From Macrostomum lignano (lineage: Eukaryota): DNA of 40,686 bases. A program made the translations under genes and the position numbers. Within the stretch, counting starts at the first letter, position 1; every line of letters begins with the position of its first letter. The stretch covers positions 1 through 40,686 of the forward strand of contig NIVC01004606.1 of assembly GCA_002269645.1 (NCBI GenBank), given 5' to 3'. This document shows positions 1 to 10,692 of the stretch, piece after piece. The notes beneath the pieces are model-generated. The model saw nothing but the letters and a program-made list of their open reading frames with translations. It was not told the origin of the DNA and made no database searches.

Positions 1-976
1 TATGACTGCGGAAGTATCCGCGCGCTTGTGTGCCTGCTCAGAGGCGGAATGGGCAGTAATGCCTCTAGTCGGTTGTGCGACAATGTCGGTTAAAAGTGCG
101 TTAAGGCACATAGTCCTACCTAACTATTTAACTTTGTGCCCGTAATAATACTCGTAATGAAACAATTAATTTGACATTAACTATCCCTTTCTGGGAGAAC
201 CGTCACATTACAAATTTACAACACAAAACAGTCGGCATTTGCATTAATACAGAAACATGTGCTCTAGAATTTAAGCATCTGTGTCTTTGCATAGCCATCT
301 GTTAAAGACAGAAAATTCCACGACTAGACAACCAAGGCGAGGGCGAGGAGAGAGGCACAGATTCCCCAGGGACTCTAATCTGTTCGGAAGACACGAGCTA
401 GGGGGGGGGGCTGGAGGACACCAGCGAGTAGCGAGAAAATGTACTAAAAGAGCCGAAGGGAATATTATTAGACAAGAAAAAAGGCTGAGAGACGGCTGCT
501 AAGCTAGGAGTCGAACGCATCGGCCATATGGTCACAAAATAGGCACAGTTTTACTATCATCGAGGAGAGAATAGATACCGATCAAGTTTCTCGTCAGCTT
601 AGGGTGAAAGCGACAGTAATAGTACGCGTAGCACGTAGCTTGGGGAATTGTAGTCTATCTATCTAAATAAAAAAACAGATAGATTGTGTCATAAGTCATT
701 TCGAATCGATGTTTTTTAACGTCATAGCGTTTCCAAGTGAGGTGCTTTCACAGGGTTGAAATCTCGCAACGTAGAAAATTCAAATAGGTCCAATGAATCT
801 TATGAATCCACTTTCATAAGGTCGAAATTTCTGCCTTATAAAGTCCCTTGCTAGAGTTTTCGAAGTTGTGTAATTTCGAGTTTGTGAACCCCCCCCCCCG
901 TACAAGTGCAGTCACATTAATTTGAAGCTGAATTGGAATCTCGGCTTGGGTCTGTTTGTGCAATCAATATTAATAT

Positions 977-1972
977 TGTAGTGATCCGCTAGTTGGTTTT
1001 AGGCGTCGCACTTTGTCAGCAGTCGCCCTTGCCCTCGCCCTCGCCCTGGGTTGCTGTCTGCCGCTGGTCAGCTTCCCGCCTCCCTCCTTTTTGTCTGTCT
1101 GTTGCTGCTCCCTTCCCTCGTTTTGCCTGTTTTGCCCCTTGTTTCTCAGCCCTCAGCTTCTCTGCTGTGGGCTGTCTCTGTTTCGCCCGGTCTTTGTTTC
1201 CCCTGTCATGTGAGCGAGTCACATGACATATCCTCTGTTCTTTGAGTCCTAAAGTACAGTAAACATGTTTACTGCACTTGTTGGCCCTGTTTACCGGGAG
1301 AGTCACATGCTTTCGGCCCCCTCCCTTCTCTAAGGAGAGGAGTGACTCATGTTGCTAAAAATAGCAACTGAGTCACAGCCATGTGCACTCTGCCGGGAGA
1401 CCCTCAAGTGACGTCAGTTCTAAAAATAGAACGAGTCACGAGGTCTTCCGCACGCTTGTACCTTGCCCAAGACTCTCAAGTGACGTCAGTTCTAAAAATA
1501 GAACGAGGTCACGAGGTCTTGTGCGTGGGTGTTTCCCGGTTATAAATAGGACCCTCTCCCTTGTTTCCGTCAAGGAATGGCTTCTTATCTGCGGAGAATT
1601 CACTAAGATCCCGTGTGCGTCAGTGTCTAACTAAGTGCCCTTTGCGTACTGAATCCGTTTGTACTGGTCTGACTGAGACCCCACTAAAGCCCAAGCCTAA
1701 GGGAGGTTAACACTGCCTTCACAGCCACCCCTGAGCCCGGCGGGGATCTGCTGATCAGGACGCCTTGTTCATTAATCTACAAATCTGCACGCTGTGCTGT
1801 GTTCGTTGACTTCGTTATTTCGTTCCGACGGGAAGCTCACCTCATCGAAGGCCGAGACCTGAAGGAACTGGTGGCAGCACTACCTACGCTACTAAGAGTT
1901 AAGAAGGCTTCTGAGTGAGAGGACGGAGCCCAAGTCACTGCGCTGTACAGCAGGACAACCACAGGTACAACA
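977..1972 (+). mobile_element. Solo LTR (996 bp), probably Ty3/Gypsy-type
   Basis: Begins TGTAGTG (977) and ends TACAACA (1972), giving TGT...ACA termini. Flanked by an identical 4-bp ATAT at 973-976 and 1973-1976 (TSD). GC/CpG-richer than the flanks, TATAAATA at 1541-1548, internal duplications. No PBS after it and no PPT before it, so a solo LTR. Confidence 0.8.
1342..1548 (+). promoter_or_regulatory. Putative LTR U3 enhancer/promoter: three hairpin cassettes with MEF2-, CRE- and AP-1-consensus sites plus TATA box
   Basis: CTAAAAATAG at 1355-1364, 1420-1429 and 1492-1501; TGACGTCA at 1409-1416 and 1481-1488; TGACTCA 1343-1349 and TGAGTCA 1369-1375; TATAAATA 1541-1548. Motif matches only; activity untested. 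Confidence 0.5.
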
Positions 1973-3256
1973 ATATTTTTTGTCATCCTGAATTTGGACC
2001 CAGGATGCAGATTGCAGTGCGATTTTGAGGCTTAAAATTTCACTTCAAAATTCATAATCTGAATTGATGAATGAAACTGTGACAAAAAATTGATCAAAAA
2101 ATGTCTCACGCTGGCATGGAAGCGTCTGTTAACCATGCAATTATAAAAATGAGACTGTAAGCTATAAAGATTAGAACGAATCGATAAACGGAATTGAAGC
2201 CCCCTATAACGAAGGTAAGCAAACACAGTTTAGGTGCATGCAGCATGCAGTGTTTTTATATTGGTTCTGTACTCCCAATAATCTCAGTGTATTTACTTAC
2301 TTCTCTCAAACCCGACCAATCGTTCTGAGTACTTTAGCCTAATCCCAATATACACAAACCCTGGACAGACCTTGTGTGCCTATGAGATTAACAAACATTA
2401 TTAAGCATTGGGAGAATTTCTTTAAACACAAAATTTGAGTCGGTTAGTTAAATATGGAAAAAAAGAAACATTAAATTTCTCGGTCTGAATGATTTTTGGT
2501 TGATTGTTGAAAGTAGGCTACTAGTGGTCGATTGCTTAAGCAACTACTGAAGGGTACAAGAGTGCAGCCAATTGCTGCTAGTGCTATAAGGGCGCGGGCA
2601 TGCATTCGGTGAGGGATTAGGAACCAACAATTAATCATTTGCTTTTCCAGCACTCCAAACTTCAACCATACAATAATAATGCTTAACGCACCCCCTCTCT
2701 GAATTCACACGATTTTGGGAATCCTTGAAAAGACAAGAAAAGACTTGAAAATACATGTACAATACAAAAAGTAATGACTGCTTGAGAATTGAACTACAGT
2801 GACTGCTACTTACTAAAACGCATTGAATGGTCACAAAAGTCTAGGATGTACTTATGCCGAATTTATGACCTCATAAATATATTCTATATTCTATATTAAC
2901 TAAGATCTGCATGCTAGCTAGGGAGTGAAACTAATAAAACATACTAGCGTGAATAATTAGACAGGAAACTTTCGCGAGCTAATTTTCTAAGGATTAGGCC
3001 TCCAGGGTCAACAGAGAGGGCTGACAGAATTAACAGGCCGGGGAAAGGTTTAACTGGAAAAAGAAAATTACTTCTTAACTAAAGGCTACTCGCTCACTTC
3101 TCTGTCAAAAAATATAATTGAAGACGCAATACGAAAGCCCTATGTAAGCGTGACCCACAGACAGAAAGTACAATTTTAAGCAAACCAGCAATAAGATGCT
3201 ACATATCTATCTCACTCTACGAAGAGCAAATAAATACGTTTGTTAATAGTATAATA

Positions 3257-4236
3257 TAGGATTTTTCGTTTGATTTCATAAAATAGCCATTTGATTTCGT
3301 CCATAGAAGTTGGCAGCGCGGCCATAGAGTCTATGGCAATAAAGTGCACTGTTTTCCGATTGAATTCATAACTTTGCCACTTCATTTCGACATACCCAGT
3401 AGAAAGGCAACAGAAAAGTCGATGCGCTTGTCCAGTACAGAAAGAACTGTTAAAAACAGAAAGCTGTGTATTTAAGTCACATGAGGAAGTAGGCAGTTCA
3501 ACAGTGAAATCAGTTATGTCCGCCAAAGTTAATGCTCGTTCGCAGCAACAAGCTACAAATTTCACATTATCTGCTGCTCATTGATGCACAGGGGCAGAAA
3601 CCGCATCACATGTCGTTCCTAGGCAAGGCACTTCGAGGCGGAAATTTCCTCTAGTGCAACGTAGCCGCAGCGGAAAAGCACCATGAGTCTCCACTGCGTT
3701 AGGTTGATGCCATCAGGCGGATTGCTAAGTTCCTGTTGAAGCTCAGGTGTTGCTAGCTGGCGTTTAAGCGAAGCCTTGAGACAACTGTGTGCCTGCTCCG
3801 CGGCGTTAAGAAATGGAGTACACTTCACTATGGAGTACACTGTCTGTTTGTTGATGTTGAGCCATCGTGCTATGTCCGTCACTTTCTCACCCCTGTTCAT
3901 TGCTTCAATGACAAGATGCCTTCTGTCGTTTCCAATGGACGCGTATGCAGCCATTTTTAGGCACACAAGGAAGGTGACTGTTGCCCAAGAAGAGGACACG
4001 TTCATATAGGCTTTTCATTTCTATGAGAGGTTTGGCCATAGATATTCACCCACTGATATCCCAGCCCCCTCTGGCAGTGTTTGAGCCACTCCGCACGCCA
4101 AGTCGAAATGAAGTAGCAAAGTTATGAATTCAATCGGAAAACAGTGCACTTTATTGCCATAGACTCTATGGCCGCGCTGCCAACTTCTATGGACGAAATC
4201 AAATGACAATTTTATGAAATCAAACGAAAAAACCTA
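3257..4236 (-). mobile_element. Internally deleted IS630/Tc1/mariner-type DNA transposon (~980 bp) with ~135-bp TIRs
   Basis: 3257-3391 is the near-perfect reverse complement of 4102-4236 (a few mismatches). Ends TAGG...CCTA flanked by TA (3255-3256, 4237-4238). Contains a transposase remnant. Confidence 0.9.
3619..4005 (-). pseudogene. Truncated IS630/Tc1-type transposase: N-terminal HTH fused to the C-terminal xxPxLNxxE segment, catalytic core deleted
   Basis: RRHLVIEAMNRGEKVTDIARWLNINKQTVYSIVK is a typical transposase HTH and runs directly into CTPFLNAAEQAHSCLK, matching the YSPxLNPIE motif that carries the third catalytic residue. The intervening DDE region is absent; the ORF stays open for 128 aa. 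Confidence 0.8.
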
Positions 4237-5180
4237 TAATATTTTAGGGATTTCCTCATTATCGCTTTTAAAGCCTGGGTAATATTGTGATTATATCATA
4301 GACTATGTGGCAGAGTTATACAAGCGCCTGAGCTGCCACAGATAATAAAACACTAGATATTTCACTCTGCATTGAGTAAAGCCATTTTTTGTGTTATAGT
4401 CTATGGCTCAAAAGAGTGTCTACTCATTGGGTGTGCGTCAGCGTGCGCATGACAAGAAAAAGTGCTATAGTTGCTCCAAAAATGAATTTTGACGCAAGGC
4501 ACTGCTGTTTGACGACGCACCCATGTTCGTTCACGCTACTAACCAAAGAGTAGTTGCAAAAATCTAAACAAGAGCGAACTATCTAGGGTTATAGTATCTG
4601 TGTGAGCTGCATCGATGTATATGGGCATGGGGTGTGAGTGTCAACCATAGATTTAAAATGATTTAATGAGTAACTATACAGTTAAATTATAAAAGCGTGA
4701 ATACAGAAGCAAAACGAAGCTATTAGGTACAATTTAGTATTTTATAGGATCCCATATGGAAGTTAAGGATTAACATCTAGCTATAAAAGCAGCTATAAAA
4801 TGTTCAACTGACTTACAAATTGAAGATTGAAGATTTGTAAGCCCAAGCCATAGGGCAAAAAGGTTTTTTTGGAATTCAGCTAGCGGGCGAAAATTTAAGC
4901 CTCTAGAAAAATACATCTTCACTTCTAGCTAATGCATTACTGGAATTCTTCTTGGCTTTTTCCGCACAAAAAATCCCGTCTGGAATCAGCGTATGAAGCT
5001 TTAAGTTTTTGTCGAATACAATTTTGACTCCAATGACTTCTGTTCGATTTGAAATCTTGAACAACGGCGCATACACGTTTGCGTGAGGCAATGCAGAATT
5101 TTCTTCAATTAAAAATGCACGAACGGACGAGGTATGGAATATGAGGCTTTGAGAATTCGGAGAAAAATCACCTCCCCCCT

Positions 5181-5260
5181 CAGTGGCGGCGCAGGGGGGG
5201 CAGGGGGGGGCAGCTGCCCCCGGGTGACCACAGGTCACTGCCTCAATGGGGGTGCCCACC
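5181..5260 (+). mobile_element. Probable truncated hAT-type MITE end
   Basis: Starts CAGTGGCGGCG, a common hAT terminus, followed by GGGGGGGCAGGGGGGGGCAGCTGCCCC. No matching second TIR or TSD found. Confidence 0.35.
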
Positions 5261-6084
5261 CCACCATCCCACGGCCCTCAAAAAGACCCTAGGAAGGGAG
5301 GGCAGATGGTCATCCCTTGCTATGCAACTTGGATAAATGATTAAAAATGCATTTTTATAAGAAATTTCGTGTTGTACATTCATTTTGTAAGAAGTGTGTC
5401 AGAATTTGTTCGTAATTTTTTACTTCCTTAGAAGGGTACTAAGAAAGTAAAAAAGTTTCTTAAAGGACTAAAACTGCACGTCTGGGGGGAGGGGTTCCAT
5501 TTTGATCCATGACATTATCTTGACTATAAGAAGCAATAGTGAAAAAAAAAACTAAAACCGCACAAAAATAATACTATTCGGAATGGGACACTAAATATAA
5601 GAGCTTTCTAGTCTAAAGGCCGGTGTTGGTTGTTGGTTACAAATGGAACGCTTGCATATTAGCTGGCGAAGAAGCAGTCAGTCTGGGCAATGCAATTAAT
5701 ATACAGCATTGCAATAAGTAGGCAATCAACAATCGTACTTTTCCAAGTTGCAATAGCAAGGCGCCTTTACGTTTCCTACAGTTTCCCACTCTTGACAGCA
5801 GGACCTGAAGGGAAGAGGTGCTTAATTTTCAATACTAATTTTCCTCACCCCCGTACATGCGGTTAGAATACTGCTGACCAATAATGCAAGACGGATCGAG
5901 CCATTGGACGAAGCATACACTGGACGCAAGAGAGAAGTAGTCATATAAGTGGGAACAGTTGGCTAGCTTTAGGACGAATCTGACGCTAGAAGAGTACTTT
6001 CATTTGGCATATAATTTACATGTAAAAATGAAAACTGAGAATTTCTCTAACGAAGGCAATGAAGAACAATAGTTCGAGACCAGA

Positions 6085-7770
6085 ATGACACAAGTTATTC
6101 GAGGCGATACAGTCTATAGCTTGGGTCCGTGCCTTGGCAAAGGCGGTTTCGGCACCTGCTACAAGGCGGTGGAGCGATCCTCAACAGCACCCGTTGAGCG
6201 AGTAGTAGCTCTGAAGAAAATCAGCCAACAGATGGTTAAAGAAGCGGCCAAGGAGCCGTACCTCAGATACGAGATCGCGCTGCACAGCCAGCTGGCACAC
6301 CAAAATGTCGTCGAACTTTTTCTGACATTCTCGAGCAACGACAGTATCTATTTTGTTCTCGAATATTGTAATAAGAAGTCGCTGGCAGACATCATTATCC
6401 GCTTTACTACTCTGCCAGTCGATGTGGCGGCTTACTACTTTTGCCAACTAATTGCTGGTCTAAAGTACATTCACGGGTGCCGAATTCTGCACAGAGATTT
6501 GAAGCTCAGCAATATCCTTGTCGACGCAAACGACGTAGTAAAGATAACTGATTTTGGATTGTCCTGCACAATTACAAGAAGCTATTTGGAACGACACCTA
6601 TCGTGTGGTACGCCGAATTACTTAAGTCCCGAAGTTCTGCTGAGACAGGGTCACACAGTTAAGTCAGACATATGGTCATGCGGAGTTGTACTATACGCGT
6701 TGTTTGGCGGAGTACCGCCTTTCCAAGCGGAAGAACTCTTGGAAATATATAGAAACATTGTGTCCGGTAGCTACCAATTTACAAAGTATCACACTGACGA
6801 TCATCTTAAGCATCTGATAGCCCGACTGCTGCAACTAGATCAAGAGGAGAGACCGGAACTCGACGATATTCTGCAGCACGAGTTCTGTCGCTACGGAAAA
6901 CAGTACGAACATCAGTTAATGCAAGACGAAAAATCAGCAACTACATGCGCAAATCTAGGCAATAGTTCAAGCATTAGTACAATGTCGAAAAGCCTCACTA
7001 ACTTGTTTGGCAAGCCTAAACAGGCGACAAGCCAGGAAAAACCGGAGCAAAACGAAAAGCATCAGAAAGCTTTTCATCCTTCAAACTTGAACGGTGTACC
7101 ACGGAGCCTCACAGTTGTCGATTTAAAACTGCGGCGTACAACCAATCTACTGCAGTATTTTCGTAATAGACCAGCTTGGAAAAAGCGTGCTACAGACTTT
7201 CAAGCTGGCTGGCTAACTTGGTGGCGCGACAAGACCTCCACAGTTGGCTTCTATTATCAGTTGTCAACTGGTTACAACTGCGCTCTCTACAACGATGCCA
7301 CCAGCTGTCTGTACCATAGAGAAACCGGACAGGCCCACTTTCTAAACCTGCAGTCAAGCCGACGCATTCACACCGAGAGCTCCGCTAATTTAGAGACGAT
7401 CAACAAATTCTACGAACCAATGCTACGCGACATTATCGAAGAGTTTCAAGACGTCTCATCGACAAATCAGCTTGGCGAGCAACTTAGCTGGGTGAGCCAG
7501 AACAATGGCCAAGGCAACGAAACAATCGACTATCTCACTAGATGGACAACTTGTTGCAACGAAACCTATCGAGTATTCTATTTCTCGGATGACTCGATTC
7601 AAGTCAACTTTGCAACTGCGTTTGTGCTTCGACTGTGCGGCCGTTTGTGTTATTTTTATCAGCCAGCAAGATGGAGCTTCCTGGTGGAGTCAAAACCATT
7701 CGATGCGTGGTGTTTCCAGGAGATCAATGCAGAACTAGTCGATGTGCTGTGTGATATATTCCTAGAATAA
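6085..7770 (+). CDS. PLK: Polo-like serine/threonine kinase, divergent and intronless (561 aa), kinase domain plus two polo boxes
   Basis: LGKGGFGTC P-loop with the PLK-typical Cys, VALK, HRDLKLSN, DFG, CGTPNYLSPE, DIWSCG. PB1-like WLTWWRDKTSTVGFYYQLSTGYNCALYND; PB2-like YLTRWTTCCNETYRVFYFSDDSIQVNF. In-frame TAG at 6070-6072 just upstream of the ATG. Orthology within the PLK family not resolved. Confidence 0.95.
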   Translation: MTQVIRGDTVYSLGPCLGKGGFGTCYKAVERSSTAPVERVVALKKISQQMVKEAAKEPYLRYEIALHSQLAHQNVVELFLTFSSNDSIYFVLEYCNKKSLADIIIRFTTLPVDVAAYYFCQLIAGLKYIHGCRILHRDLKLSNILVDANDVVKITDFGLSCTITRSYLERHLSCGTPNYLSPEVLLRQGHTVKSDIWSCGVVLYALFGGVPPFQAEELLEIYRNIVSGSYQFTKYHTDDHLKHLIARLLQLDQEERPELDDILQHEFCRYGKQYEHQLMQDEKSATTCANLGNSSSISTMSKSLTNLFGKPKQATSQEKPEQNEKHQKAFHPSNLNGVPRSLTVVDLKLRRTTNLLQYFRNRPAWKKRATDFQAGWLTWWRDKTSTVGFYYQLSTGYNCALYNDATSCLYHRETGQAHFLNLQSSRRIHTESSANLETINKFYEPMLRDIIEEFQDVSSTNQLGEQLSWVSQNNGQGNETIDYLTRWTTCCNETYRVFYFSDDSIQVNFATAFVLRLCGRLCYFYQPARWSFLVESKPFDAWCFQEINAELVDVLCDIFLE

Positions 7771-8354
7771 ACTGGGACTGCAGCTATGAATCGGGAATAC
7801 AATGCAGAAATCTGTTTGGTACAGTGCATATCAAAGATATTACACTTCTTCAAAAATATTTAACAATTGTACAGTTGAAACAACAAATTTATACATATTT
7901 TAGCAGCATGAATAATCTCATAGTTGGTAAATGTTTAGAAAAATACTTTTTGCTTCTTTCTTTTTATTCTAACAAATACACCAAAAATTAAATATTTGTA
8001 TTATTGCTATTACTGTTATAAACCTATGCAAATAACTTTATACATAGAAAATGATTACTCTAATGCAACAAATAAACATAGTATAATGCACAATGTGCAA
8101 AAAACATGAAAAGTTTATTGAAAAAAATAACAATGAAATAAACTAAATTCTTGTATAAATAGTAATATCAAGCCATTGCAAATTGCAGGCACACTACTTA
8201 TAGTAGGTGAGCAATATATAAAAGATAAACAAACAATTACATAATTTTTATGGTGATTATACTCATCACAATTTATATAGAAATAACATGAATAAATAAA
8301 AAGTTAAAATACAAAACAAAACTAAGATTAAAAGACTTTGTACACTAATTTTGA

Positions 8355-9460
8355 ATAGCCTAGCATATATACTTAATGATCCATTTTTATGATATAGCTG
8401 TTCTTTCTATCATATGACTAAATAAATTTCAAACATAAATCTAATGAGAAGTCTAAGTACATTCTTAAATAGTGTTATATACTACAGAGTTCATTCTTTT
8501 ATTAACCTAGAAATTCTCATATATATTTCTTAATAAATTCTTCTAGTAAATGTATCTTAGATTATCTAGGTATTTAGCTATCTGGAATAAGTTATTACTA
8601 GATAAGAGAGTCATGGCCTTCTTATTATTGTACTTAAGAGGTACTTATCTACTATGCTTTTTATCTAGTATCTTACTTAAAATCAGTAGTATACATTGGA
8701 CTAGTGTGACCTTGCAGGTTTGGCTATTGGTTTATTATGGCTTAGTGGATATAACCAGGTTGAGTTTTGGTAGAGTGTTGCCACCAGGCTCCTGATATTC
8801 TCAAATCCTATGTTAGTGATTAATGAATTGAGTCAGAACACCAATGAATTTATTTACTCCAAAAATTGGAAAAGAAAGAAAATAATTAAGCATGCAATAG
8901 TTAATACAATAATTAACCCTCAGTTGTACAATGTTATTTAGGCAAAGACTCCTTGTAGTGCATTGTTATAGCATTGACTACCTTTAATAGTTCTATGTAT
9001 CCTTGCTCATATCACCAGTCTTACCTTCTATATCCTATGCTGAATTGTCTAAAACCATAACATACATGCAAGTTTCTCTTCCCAGAACTCCAACTGCTTA
9101 GTAATTATGAAGAAGCCCAAAATTTGAATTTTTTATTTCACTATAATTACTTTTCCTGACTGAAACTACTGGCAGTAGTGTAAAAGCATATTTATAACCT
9201 ATTCCAATATTATGCCCTACTACATTATAGTATGTTTAGCTATTATTTCACTGTTTCAAAATTATGCATTTTAAAACAAAGTATTTACTACAGATTGAAA
9301 GTAATATTTTACATATATATTTACTTATAATATGAAACAAATAGACATTAATACTTTAGATAGCTTAGCATATATTCTTAACAATCATTTTTTCTAAAAA
9401 GGATGTAGCCATTATTTTTTTATCATGTGACTACATAATATAAAAGCAATAATCTAATGT
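8355..9460 (+). repeat. Old direct duplication, two ~100-bp copies ~1 kb apart (about 8355-8450 and 9355-9460)
   Basis: ATAGCCTAGCATATATACTTAATGATCCATTTT...TATCATATGACTAAATAA...AATCTAATG versus ATAGCTTAGCATATATTCTTAACAATCATTTT...TATCATGTGACTACATAA...AATCTAATG. Confidence 0.4.
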
Positions 9461-10489
9461 ACTCATAGTATTTTACTAAGAAATAGTCATAATACATATT
9501 TCATTAATATTTATAGCCTTGGTAATAAATAGGGGCTAAACTAATGTATGACCAAATTAACTTAAGGCCTAAGTAAATTTAGTGATTAATTAAAGATTAA
9601 ATCTGTGACCAAAACAGTCTATAGATGAAACAAGCAACTATTCACACTCTAGAAGATGTCATTCATGCTAGAACTTTCTAGTATACATTGTATTTGGAGT
9701 GCAATATATATTTTTAGTTCTAGTTCTAGTATATTCTCTGGTATGCATTCAATATAATCTAAATCTAAAGTATAGCTAGTTACTAGTTATTAGTTGCATA
9801 CTTGAGACTAGTCCAAATTTGAATAATACAATAATGATAAAAGTAAAAGATAGCTTATTTAGATTAAGGTTGTTCAGTTCTAGTTCTTGAATCATACTTT
9901 GAAATGTGACTATAATAAAATGGCACCTAATAAAACAATATTTTATTATTAAAATATTAAGATTGCCATAAAATAAAAATACATAACAATAAAAATAATT
10001 TTCATAAAGTTTGTCTTTTTTCATTTTGACTTTTTTTCTAAAATAACAAAAACTCTTTGACAAAGCTTAAATCAATTTTAATAAATTGTTTGCCAAAATA
10101 GCCAGGTTTATACAAAATGGTCATTGCAAAAAATATTTTGGGTTATTGACTTTTGCCAAAAATACCTTGTCAAAGTGGGTTGAAACCAATTGGAATAGTC
10201 TACCAAATATATCTACCAAAATAATGACAACCTCATTAGACCTATCTAACTAAAACAATTTATCCCATATGCACATTTTAATATAAACTGCATATGTACT
10301 TTGATTATAAGTCAAAAGATAGCAGATCAAAAAGCAAAAGGCAATAGTCAGAAAGACGATAGTCGAAGGATGACAATCAAAGGGTGACAATCAATATATT
10401 TTAAGCTAAAATTACAAGTTCATATATACGAGCTATTATAACAATTAGACTTTCTTTCTGGCGTACACCTTACCATCTGCATAATGGGT

Positions 10490-10692
10490 CCCTTGTAAGC
10501 CTTGACATATCAGCAGTTCTCCCACAAGCCTTAACATATAAACCCCCCCCCTTGACAACTTAGCAATGCCCCCATAAGCCTTGAAATCTTAAAAAAATCT
10601 GTCAACCTTCTAACCCTAGCCTTTTAGCCCAAACACTAACCTTAGCCTAACCCTAAAGTATTGACATCTTAATAATTCTTGTCAAGAGTCAT
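10490..10692 (+). repeat. Copy of the CCCTAA-containing dispersed repeat family (left part; continues at 12187-12262 after an insertion)
   Basis: Aligns by eye to 17420-17650 (AGCCTTGACAT/GAAATCT subrepeats, CTGTCAACCTTCTAACCCTA, AAGAGTCAT). 12187-12262 aligns to 17648-17725 (TCATTATAGCACTA...GAATCTC). Confidence 0.75.

Noticed and set aside
993-1634. Several 64-96 aa ORFs
   Set aside because: All lie within the solo LTR, have low-complexity or repeat-derived translations, and show no gag/pol motifs.
3212-3565. 117-aa ORF (and the 62-aa ORF at 4021-4209)
   Set aside because: They mostly translate the TIRs and show no protein family features.
4903-5259. 118-aa minus-strand ORF
   Set aside because: Starts inside the GC-rich MITE-like segment and has no recognisable motif. 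I cannot exclude an exon, but nothing supports one.
6072-6081. Pol III B-box (GTTCGAGACC) just upstream of the PLK ATG, suggesting a SINE or tRNA
   Set aside because: No convincing A-box at a suitable distance and no cloverleaf or tail; treated as chance.
8640-9110. Possible exons of a host gene on the minus strand (splice-like motifs near 8675, 9023 and 9065)
   Set aside because: Frames contain stops, the implied intron would be about 17 nt, and no protein family is recognisable.
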